Of a stretch of 64,000 bases of DNA, positions 25,033 to 34,122 are shown one piece after another; the stretch's first letter is position 1; each line of letters begins with the position of its first letter. A model generated the notes under the pieces. It was not told the origin of the DNA. It made no database searches and was given only the letters and a program-made list of their open reading frames with translations. Source of the DNA: an uncultured Gemmatimonadales bacterium (GTDB taxonomy: Bacteria > Gemmatimonadota > Gemmatimonadetes > Longimicrobiales > Gaopeijiaceae); assembly GCA_963823035.1 (NCBI GenBank), contig CAWGKG010000021.1, positions 1-64,000 on the forward strand, in the 5' to 3' direction. Made by a program: the position numbers and the translations under genes.

Positions 25033-25051
25033 TATTCCGTCGTAAGGGATA
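25033..25051 (+). promoter_or_regulatory. Putative PadR operator abutting the start codon
   Basis: Imperfect 19-bp palindrome TATTCCGT-CGT-AAGGGATA (12/19 self-complementary) in an AT-rich patch that ends on the A of the ATG. Confidence 0.4.
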
Positions 25052-25386
25052 TGACGCGGAGAACGGAGTACCTGGCGGAGTTCGAGCTCCATGTGATGCT
25101 GGCGGTGGCGCGCCCGGAGGCGGAGGCCTACGGGGCGGCGATCCGCCGGGAGATCGAGGAGCGAGCGGGGCGTACGGTGTCGATCGGGGCCGTCTACGCG
25201 ACGCTCGGCCGGCTGGAGGACAACGGGCTCCTCGAGCACGAGATCGCCCCTCCCCTCCCCGTACGGGGTGGTCGATCCCGCAAGGTCTACCGGCTCACGG
25301 AGGCCGGGCGCGCGGCGCTGCGCACCTCGATGTCGATGCTCACCCGGATGATGGACGGCGTGACGCTGCTCGGGGGTGACGCTTGA
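25051..25386 (+). CDS. PadR family transcriptional regulator (xEFE subtype)
   Basis: LAEFELHVMLAV...AYG..I..EIE...SIGAVYATLGRLE...RGGRSRKVY. Confidence 0.9.
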   Translation: MTRRTEYLAEFELHVMLAVARPEAEAYGAAIRREIEERAGRTVSIGAVYATLGRLEDNGLLEHEIAPPLPVRGGRSRKVYRLTEAGRAALRTSMSMLTRMMDGVTLLGGDA

Positions 25387-28050
25387 GGCCGCCCCGGCTC
25401 GCCCGTGCGCTCCTGTCGCGTCTGGCGCGGCCCGAGGACCGACCCTTCCTGCTGGCCGACCTCGAGGAGGAGCTCGCCGAGCGGGTCGAGCGCGACGGCC
25501 CGGCCGCGGCGCGTCGCTGGTACCGGATCCAGGCCGCGACGTCGATCCCGCACCTCCTCGCGCGCCGCCTGCGGCGCCCGGGGGCCGGGCCGCCCTCCGC
25601 GGGAGGGGTTCCTGCCGGCGCTCCTGCACGACGCGCGCTTCGCGCTTCGCGCCTTCCGGCGCGCGCCCGGCTTCATCGCCCTCGCGCTGCTCACGCTGTC
25701 CGTCGCCATCGGCGCGAACACCGCGCTCTTCTCCGTGGTGAACGGCGTGTTGCTGAAGCCGGGGCCCGGCCTCCCGGACACGGAAGGGGTCGTCGAGCTG
25801 AGCCGTCAGGTCCAGGGCGGGCTGGCGGACATGTCGTATCCGGCCGTACAACTCATGGCGGGTTCCTCCGCCCTCGCCGCTGTCGCGGCGATGGACTGGG
25901 AGCCCGTCTCGATCGGTGGGTCGGATCGCCCGGAGGTGAGCGTCGCGCTGGCCGTCACGGGCAGCTACTTCGATGTGCTGCGCCTGACGGCGTCGCGCGG
26001 CCGCCTGTTCGCACGGGAGGAGGCGAGCTTCCCCTCGGTGCGGCCGGTCGCGGTCATCAGCGAGCACCTGCGGGCCACCCGCTTCGCGGACGCGGACATC
26101 CCCGGCGCCACGCTCGTGGTGAACGGGACGCCGCTCACGATCGTCGGTGTCGGGCCGGCGGGCTTTCGCGGGCACGCGGTCGCGCCCGTGGACGTCTTCC
26201 TCCCCCTGGGCCTGCCCGTGCCGGGGTTCGAATCGGAGGCGGGACTTTCGGAGATCGGCTACGAGAACGTCCAGGTGGTCGGCCGCCTCGCGCCGGGCGT
26301 CCGCGAGAGCGCCGCCGCTGAGGAGCTGAGCACGCTGGTGGATGCGGAGGTCGTCGCGCGCGACGGCACGGAGCCGGGTGGCTACCAGGTGCGCGTCGAC
26401 CCGTGGGGGTGGGTGCCGGCGACCGCGCGCACGCCCGTCACGCTCTTCCTCTCGGGGATGCTCCTCCTGGCCGGCCTCATCCTCGCGATGGCCTGCATCA
26501 ATGTGGCGGGTATGATGCTTTCCCGCGGCGTGGAGCGCAGCGGCGAGATCGCCGTGCGGGTCGCCCTGGGTGCCGGTCGGGGCCGCATCGCGCGGCAACT
26601 CCTCTCCGAGGCGGCGCTGCTGGGCGCCGCGGCCGGCGCCCTCGGGCTCGTTCTCGCCGGATGGCTCACCGGACTCCTGCTCGCGTTCCGCCCTCCACTC
26701 CCTCCCGGCTACCAGCTCGCCCTCGACTTCGGGCTCGACTGGCGGGTGCTCGTCTACTCCTTCACGATCGCCGTGGGCTTCTCGCTGGTCTTCAGCCTCG
26801 CGCCCGCCGTGCACGCTTCGCGCACCGACGTGATGGCCACCCTCAAGGGCGGGTCCGGGCGGAGCGGCCGGACACGCACCCTGGGTCGGAGCACGCTGGT
26901 CTCCGGGCAGATGGCGCTCTCCCTCGTCCTGCTCGTCGTGGCCGGGCTGTTCCTCCGCTCCCTCTCGTCGATGGGCTCGGTCGATCCCGGGTGGAGCGCC
27001 GCAGGGGTGTGGGACACGGACCTCGATCTCCAGCTCACCGGCACCGGGAGGGCGGACGGCGCGGCGTTCCAGGCCGAGCTGATGCGGCGGCTGGCGGCGG
27101 CGCCCGAGGTCGAGTCGGCCGGGCTCGCGCACAAGCTCCCACTCGGGAGCGTGTCGTCGTTCGGCGACGTGATCACCGAAGGCCTCCGCCCGCCCGAGGG
27201 CCGCTTCGGCTTCCCGGCGTCCTTCATGCGCGTCACGCCGGACTACTTCCGCACGCTCGACCTGGCGATCCTGCAGGGCCGGACGTTCACCCCCGCCGAC
27301 AGGGAGGGAGCGGCGGACGTGGCGATCGTGAACCGGAGCATGGCGCGGCGGTTCTGGCCCGAGGCCGACGCGATCGGGAAGGCCTTCCGCATCGAGGGGG
27401 TGGACGGCGCGCTGACCGTGGTCGGCGTGGTGGAGGACGCGAGCTACCGGCGCATGGTCGAGGATACGCCCAACTTCTACTACGTGCCGGCTGCGCAGTG
27501 GTACAATGCGCACATGCTGCTCTTCGTGAAGCCGCGGGCGGGGCGCGCGGAGGACGCGAAGGTACGGGTCGCGGAGATCGTCCACGAGCTCCAGCCCAAC
27601 CTGCCGGTGCAGCCGCTCGTGCCGCTCGCGTCGTCCTTGGAGATCTCCTTTCTCCCGCAGCGCATCGCGGCGTGGGTCAGCGGCATCCTCGGCGCTCTCG
27701 GACTCCTGCTCGGCGCGGTCGGCGTCTACGGTGTGACGTCCTTCGCGGTGAGCCGACGTGTCCGGGAGATCGGGATCCGGAAGGCGCTGGGCGCGTCGAG
27801 CGTCGACGTGGTGCGCCTGGTGCTTCGCCAGGGGATGGTGGCTCCGCTCGTCGGGGTGGTGCTCGGGCTCGGAGGCGCGCTCGCGGTCGGGCGCGTCCTC
27901 TCCGCCTTTCTCACGGGGGTGGGCGTGGCGGACCCCGCTGCCGTCGGCACGGCGCTGCTCACGCTCCTGGTGGTGGCGGCGACCGCCACGTTCGTGCCGG
28001 CCTGGAGGGCGGCACGCCGCCACCCGTCGGCCACGCTCCGCGTCGAGTAG
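25383..28050 (+). CDS. ADOP-type duplicated MacB/FtsX orphan ABC permease; apparent frameshift near 25600
   Basis: TTG start overlaps the PadR stop. Prefix PPRLARALL...DLEEE...WYRIQA, then AIGANTALFSVVN, MACINVAG and RRVREIGIRKALGA. Confidence 0.9.
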
Positions 28051-28074
28051 CGCGGCGCCCCCAGGGGTCGCGCG

Positions 28075-29957
28075 TCAGAAGTGCGCGGGGGGCCGTGCCG
28101 CGGCGGGCAGGATCGGGAGAACGATGCGCGAGGGGTGATCCGCGTCGTGCCAGATCGTGTTGTCCGCCTCCACCGAGCGGCGGTTGCGGCCCAGCGGCTC
28201 ACCCGTGCCGGGGTTCACGTCCCAGCGCGGGAAGTTGCTGCTCGAGACGTCGACCCGGATGCGGTGGCCCTTCTTGAAGACGTTGGCCGTGGGGAAGGGC
28301 TCGATCGTCAGCTCGTAGACGCGCCCGGGCTCGATGAGGTCGCGGGTGGGGCGACCGTTCCGGTAGCTGGCGCGCTGGATCGCGTCCGTGAGGTTGAGGT
28401 CGAAGCCCGGACGGGAAGTCCGCGCTGGGCGGGTAGACGTCCAGGAGCTTCACCGTGAAGTCGGTGTCGACCGCGGTGCTGGACGCGAAGAGCGTGACCG
28501 TGATGGGCCCGACCACCGCCACGTCCTCGGCGAGCGGCTCGGTCTGGAAGACCACCACGTCGCGGCGCGACGAGAGCGGCAGGTACGGCGGACGGCTGCC
28601 CACGAAGTCGGGGCGCTCGCGCTGGTCGTAGGCGCCGTCCTTCACCCGCGCGGACACGTTGCCGCCGAGTGTGGGAACGGGGTGCGCGGGATCGAAGGTG
28701 AAGGTCGTCGACGCCTGGGTCTCGGCCGGTGCCTCGATCGACAGGGTGCCGTCGGCGTGGAGGAAGTACGGCGTCGGCGAGGCGCCGGGGAGGGGCCATC
28801 CATCGGCCTCCATCCAGTAGCCCCCATGGCGTAGCCGTCCGTCCGCGTCCTTCCCGCCATCCCCCGTCCCCATCACGAAGAGGCGGACGGGCCTTTCCGC
28901 CCCCGTGGCCGCGCTCCGCCCGAGCAGGCGGTCGAACCACCCGAGCTGGTAGTCGGTGTCGAAGCCCTCGGATCGCCGCGTCCGCGCCGAAGTCGACGTC
29001 GCCGGCGTAGGTGCGGGCGTTCCCGGAATGCGTCCACGGGCCGACGACCAGGCGCATGGGGGAGGACTTCATCCTCGACAGCTCGACGTAGTTCTCGAGC
29101 GTGCCGCGCAGGAAGATGTCGTACCAGCCGCCGATGTGGACCATGGGGACGTCCGCGGTCCCGGCGTAGTACTCCTCCCAGTTCATCCCCATGCCCTTCC
29201 AGTAGTCGTCGTAGTCGGAATGGGTCATCTCCTCGAGGATGTAGGCCTCGAAGTTCGGCGCGATCGACAGGGGATTGAGGCCGGGGCGGAAGGGGAGCGC
29301 CTGGTACCAGTCCTCGACGTGCTCGTTCTCGAAGTGGGCGCGCACGACCGGGTCGTCGGTCTCGAGCGGGATCTGGCGGAACGCCCAGGTCAGCTCGCGG
29401 CCGAGCTCGAACGCCCCACCCTGGCGGATGGCGTGGTCCCAGGGGTTGGACAGGCCGCCTTCGTTGAGCACCAGGCCGGCCAGGTGGGGTGGGTTCATCT
29501 TGGCGGCGTCCGCCCCCGCGTGCGCGGCGAAGGAGGTGCCCCACATCGCGACACGCCCGTCCACGTAGGGGAGCTTCGCCAACCACTCCACCGTGTCGTA
29601 GCCGTCCGGGGCGTCCAGCGGGTCGTACTTGAGGAACGCCCCCTCCGAGTCGTAGCGGCCGCGGAAGTCCTGCAGGGCGACCACGTAGCCGCGCGCCGCG
29701 AAGGCGAGCGCCTGCGGGAGGAAGCGGTCCGTGGACTTCCCGTAGGGCGTGCGCTGCAGCACGAGCGGGCGCCGGCCCTCCACGGCACGGCCGTCCACTG
29801 CCGGCCGGTAGATGTCCGTGGCGAGCCGCACGCCGTCGCGCATCGGGATCATCACGTTGCGCTCGAGCAGCACGTCCCGACCGAGCTCCTGAGCGCCCAG
29901 GGAGAACGCGGGGGCCGCGAGGCACGCGAGGCACAGCAGAGCGGCGCGCTTCGTCAC
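28075..29957 (-). CDS. CocE/NonD family serine hydrolase, secreted; apparent frameshifts near 28965 and 28408
   Basis: MRDGVRLATDIYRP, RTPY, QDFRGRYDSEG, WGTSF, GWYD, GPWTH, and C-terminal KKGHRIRVDVSSSNFPR. Confidence 0.9.
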
Positions 29958-30101
29958 GGATCGCTCCGGAGGAGGTGAAGAGCGGAAGGAGCGGAAGGGA
30001 CGGCACGCCCCCCCCGTCGTCAAGACGCGCGGCGCGCCGCACATGTGGCCATCGCAGGGGTGGAGTGTGGACCCGCTGCAACGTATCGGACATGCCGAGG
30101 C

Positions 30102-30117
30102 TGGCACGAGCGTTGCA
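30102..30117 (+). promoter_or_regulatory. Sigma-54 (-24/-12) promoter
   Basis: TGGCACGAGCGTTGCA matches TGGCAC-N5-TTGCW with GG-N10-GC spacing. It lies about 85 bp upstream of the bEBP start. Confidence 0.75.
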
Positions 30118-30202
30118 TCGACACAACGTGGCGGGAGATCCGCGACGCGAACCGGATGCGGTCCGGGCCCGTCGCACGTGCAACCAGGCAAAGGAGGAGT
30201 TC

Positions 30203-31757
30203 TTGGCGACCGGCACCATGGAGCGAACGCGCAGAAGGGCGGACAGGCCCGAAGACCACGTCGCGGACGGGGGCGGCGGCGAGGATACGCCGACGCCGAT
30301 CGTCCTCACCGCGGAGCAGAAGTCGTCGATCCGGATTCTGGTGGTCGATGACGAGGAGACGCTCTGCGAGAGCTGCGTGAGCCTTCTCGAGCAGGAGGGG
30401 TTCCGCGTGCGGGGCGCGACGCGCGGCTCCGAGGCCGAAGCCCTGCTGCGCAAGGGCACGCACGACATCGTGCTGCTGGACCTCTACATGTCGGGGGTTC
30501 AGGGTACCGAGCTGCTCGAGACGGCGCTGGAGGCGCGGGAGGACGCGCTGGTCATCGTGATGACCGGACGGCCCACCGTGGAGTCGAGCATCCAGGCGCT
30601 GCGCGACGGCGCCTGGGACTACATCCCGAAGCCGTTCGCGGCCACGCACCTTCAGGTCCTGGTGGGGCGCGCCGCGCACACGGTGATCGTGGGGCGCGAG
30701 AGCAATCGGCTGAAGGCGGAGAGCAGCGGCAGTGCCGGCAAGTCATCCGGCGGCGTCCTGCTCGGGCAGTCGCCGGGATTCCTCTCCGTCATGGATCTGG
30801 CGCAGCGGGTGGCGTCCACGGACGCCTCGGTGTTCATCACCGGAGAGTCCGGGACAGGGAAGGAGATCATCGCGAAGTACATCCATCACAACAGCCGGCG
30901 CAGCAGCCGCCAGTGGGTCGCGCTGAACTGCGCCGCGATCCCGGACGCGCTCCTCGAGTCGGAGATGTTCGGGCACGTGAAGGGCGCGTTCACGGGCGCC
31001 ACCAGGGACAAGCAGGGGCTCATGGAAGTCGCGAGCGGCGGAACGCTCTTCCTCGACGAGCTGACCGAGATGTCCATGCAGACCCAGGCGAAGCTCCTGC
31101 GCGTCGTACAGGACGGCGTGGTCCGGCGAGTGGGATCCACGGGTACGGACGCCGTCGTCAACGTCCGCTTCATCGCGGCGACGAACCGCGATCCCGGCGG
31201 CGCGGTGCGGGACGGCAACCTGCGCGAGGACCTGTACTACCGGCTTCGCGTGGTGCCGATCCACATCCCGCCCCTCCGGCAGCGCGCGGACGACATCCCG
31301 GCGCTCGCGGAGCACTTCCTGGACGTCTACTGGCAGCGCCACCGCGGCGCGCGCCGCGCGGCCAACGCTGAGCGAGGGCGCGCTGCGCATGCTCCAGGCC
31401 CGGCCCTGGAGGGGCAACGTGCGCGAGCTGCAGAACGTGATCGAGCACGCGGTCGTGCTCGCCGCGCCGGGAGAGCCGATCGAGCCCGAGGACATCCCGG
31501 AGTTCGAGGCTGGACAGGACGGCATGCTGCCGACCGAGTTCGGCGGCATCGGCATCTCGATGTTCGCGTCCGGCGGCTATCACGAGGCGCGGGAGCGCGT
31601 GCTCGCCCGCTTCGAGCAGGAGTACCTCGGGTGGGTGCTGCAGCATGCGGACGGGAACATGTCCGAAGCGGCGCGTGTGGCCGGCGTCGATCGCACCACG
31701 CTGTACCGGCTGATGGGCAAGCACGGCCTCCACAAGGCCGAGCTGCTGGACGCGTAG
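30203..31757 (+). CDS. Sigma-54-dependent response regulator (NtrC family REC-AAA+-Fis bEBP); apparent frameshift near 31350
   Basis: Receiver VVDDE / LLDLYM / KP, Walker A GESGTGKE, GAFTGA, LFLDE, REDLYYRL, WRGNVRELQN, and HTH AARVAGVDRTTLYR. TTG start follows AGGAGG; the alternative is ATG at 30218. Confidence 0.93.
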
Positions 31758-31774
31758 GGGCGCGCAACCGCCCC

Positions 31775-32818
31775 ATGCCCGGCACCGAAGCCCTCCCGGA
31801 CACGCGCGGCGTCCTCGCCGACGCGGTCGCGCACCTGCGCGAGGCGTGCACGGACAGTGCGCTCGGCGCACCCGAGCCCGATCTGCTCCGCGAGGAGATC
31901 AGCCGGGTCGCCGACGCCCTCGCAGCGCGCATGTCCGGAAGGCCCGATCCCCCGATGCCGGTCGAGGAGGCCGACCGCCTGGCGATCCTCGACGCGCTGC
32001 GCACCCGCACGTTGGAGGCATGGCCGGATGGGGAGCGGGACGGGCTGCTCGAGACGATGCGCGCCTTCGAGGCCGTGCGCGCGCGGCTGTCGCCGGACGG
32101 GGGCGAGGGCCCCCTTCCGCCGGGCATCCTGTCGCCCTACGGTCACCGGCTGCTGCGGGAGGTCGCGCATACACTGCGCTCGCCGCTCGGCTCCGTCGTG
32201 ATGCTGACCGCGATGCTTCGTGACGGCGGCGGTGACCTCGACGCGCTGCAGCGCAAACATCTTGGCCTCGTGCACCGCGCCTCCATCACGCTCGCGTCCC
32301 TGTCGAACGACCTGCTCGCCCTCACCGGAGAGGTGGAGGAGCTTCGTGCTCGGCCGGTGCCCTTCCTGGTCGACGAGGTTCTGGACGCCGTCACGGGGGC
32401 GGTCGAGCCCGTGGCCGAGGAGCGCGGGGTGGACTTCCGGGTCGAGGGGACGGCCGCCGGCACGCGCGTCGGACAGCGCGGCGCGCTCACGCGCGCCCTG
32501 ACCAGCCTGACGCTGAACGCCGCGCTCCTGGTGCGGGAGGGTCGGCTGTCCCTCACCGTCGCGGACGAGGGCGACGAGGCGAGCTTCGAGGTCGAGGTGA
32601 CGGGCGCCGCCGAGGCGGTCGACGAGGTCTTCGAGGTGTTCCCGTCTCCGCCGGGTGCGACCGACTACACGCTGTCGCACCGCGGCCTCGGCTTCGCGCT
32701 CGCTCGCCACCTGGTTCGCCGGATGGGCTCCGAGGTGCGCGTGGCGGAGCGCGCCGAAGGCGGGCTCCGCTTCTCGTTCCGGCTGGGCCTACCCGCCGCG
32801 GGCAAGGCTCGCGGCTAG
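31775..32818 (+). CDS. Soluble histidine-kinase-like protein with degenerate ATP-binding domain
   Basis: H-box EVAHTLRSPL and G2-like GLGFALARHLVRRMG are present. The N-box is degenerate and the G1 DxGxG is absent. No TM segments. Confidence 0.75.
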   Translation: MPGTEALPDTRGVLADAVAHLREACTDSALGAPEPDLLREEISRVADALAARMSGRPDPPMPVEEADRLAILDALRTRTLEAWPDGERDGLLETMRAFEAVRARLSPDGGEGPLPPGILSPYGHRLLREVAHTLRSPLGSVVMLTAMLRDGGGDLDALQRKHLGLVHRASITLASLSNDLLALTGEVEELRARPVPFLVDEVLDAVTGAVEPVAEERGVDFRVEGTAAGTRVGQRGALTRALTSLTLNAALLVREGRLSLTVADEGDEASFEVEVTGAAEAVDEVFEVFPSPPGATDYTLSHRGLGFALARHLVRRMGSEVRVAERAEGGLRFSFRLGLPAAGKARG

Positions 32819-33198
32819 TCTCCCGTGACCCGCCAGACCTCTGCGAGCACGAGCCGGGGCTCGCAGGGCTTGGTGAGGAAGCCGTCGCAGCCCACTTGCT
32901 CGGCCCTCTCGCGATCCTCCGGGAAGGCGTGCGCGGTGATCACGATGACCGGTAGCTGGGCGGTGGCCTTCTCTTCCTTCAGGATCCGCGTGACCGTCCA
33001 TCCGTCCATGCCGGGGATGGAGACGTCCATCAGCACCGCCGCCGGGTGCTCCTCGCGCGCCAGCCGCAGCCCGTCCGTGCCCGATGTGGCCGTCAGCACC
33101 TCGAAGCCGTTGGCCTCGAGGATCAAGCGGTAGACGGACTGCGTATCCTCGTCGTCCTCCACGATGAGGATCGTGCCGTTGCCGGCGGAGGCCGTCAT
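32815..33198 (-). CDS. Single-domain response regulator (CheY/DivK-like)
   Basis: ILIVEDD, LMDVSIPGMDGW, TAHA, GCDGFLTKP. Confidence 0.92.
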   Translation of the reverse strand: MTASAGNGTILIVEDDEDTQSVYRLILEANGFEVLTATSGTDGLRLAREEHPAAVLMDVSIPGMDGWTVTRILKEEKATAQLPVIVITAHAFPEDRERAEQVGCDGFLTKPCEPRLVLAEVWRVTGD

Positions 33199-33241
33199 CG
33201 GTGGTCCGTCAGTGAGGCGTCGGGGAGTGTCTCGAGCGAGC

Positions 33242-33955
33242 TCAACGTGGCCTCCCGACCGGGGTGCGGCTGCTGCGGAGCATGGCGAAGTTGCCTCGCT
33301 GGTGGACCTTCATCGGATACAGGTGACAGTCCGGCGTGTTCGTTCCGTGGACGCAGCCGTTGTAGCGGAGGAGCGCGACCTCGAGATCACCCCCCGAGGT
33401 GGACAGGTAGTGGGCGAGGATGCGGGCTCCGTGGCAGATGTTGGCGTCGGGGTCGAGGAGATCGTCCGAGTCGCACCCCCACGCACCCGCGTGCGCGGGC
33501 ATGACCTGCATGAGGCCGAGGGCCCCTTCCGGGCTGACCGCGCCGGGAGCCAGCTTCGGGTCCTCCACGAGCAGGACGGAAAGGAGGAGGCGCGGATCGA
33601 CGCCCGCGGACCGACCCTCGCGGACGAGCGCCACCGCGACCCGCCGGACGAGTGCGGTGTCGGCACTCTGTGGTCGAAGCGCGCGCTCCAGCGGAGCGAC
33701 CTGCTCGGCGTAGCTCCGCTCGAGCTCCGCCATCCCGTCGCGGAGGACCTGCGCGCGTCGTGAGAGCTGCTCGAAGCGGGATGCGTCGGAGACGTCTGCG
33801 GCCCGAGCCGTCCCCTCGCGGCGTGCGTCCCGTGCGTACGGGACGCTCGCGACCGACGCGCCGAAGACGCCGAGCATCAGGAAGGGAGCGATCCACAGCC
33901 GGACCGCGCTTCGCGCCTGCGCGGCCCAGGGACTCGATGTCTGCGGGCTCCCCAT
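33242..33955 (-). CDS. Membrane-anchored lytic transglycosylase (SLT domain)
   Basis: N-terminal hydrophobic segment, helical stalk, LLVE catalytic Glu, AVSPEGALGLMQVMP, NICHGARIL, ALLRYNG. ATG follows GGAGG. Confidence 0.88.
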   Translation of the reverse strand: MGSPQTSSPWAAQARSAVRLWIAPFLMLGVFGASVASVPYARDARREGTARAADVSDASRFEQLSRRAQVLRDGMAELERSYAEQVAPLERALRPQSADTALVRRVAVALVREGRSAGVDPRLLLSVLLVEDPKLAPGAVSPEGALGLMQVMPAHAGAWGCDSDDLLDPDANICHGARILAHYLSTSGGDLEVALLRYNGCVHGTNTPDCHLYPMKVHQRGNFAMLRSSRTPVGRPR

Positions 33956-34006
33956 TCGACCTCCCGGCGGAAGATAGCTCGGCTCGGGTGGATTCGATAC
34001 CGTCGC

Positions 34007-34022
34007 TGCACGAAAAATGCCA
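34007..34022 (-). promoter_or_regulatory. Sigma-54 (-24/-12) promoter for the SLT and receiver genes
   Basis: The minus strand reads TGGCATTTTTCGTGCA (GG-N10-GC), about 50 bp upstream of the SLT ATG. Confidence 0.6.
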
Positions 34023-34122
34023 GGGTCTTCGTCGGGGCCCGTCCCCACGCCATCGTGCGCGTCCGCCCTCGTCCCCCTACCTTTTCGGCCCAACTCCACC
34101 CACGTCCCACGAGCTTCCCGCC

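Noticed and set aside
29975..32818. Apparent 947-aa bEBP-histidine kinase fusion in the ORF track
   Set aside because: A frameshift near 31350 causes it. The bEBP's own C-terminus and HTH are in 31389..31757 with a stop, and the kinase-like gene has its own ATG at 31775.
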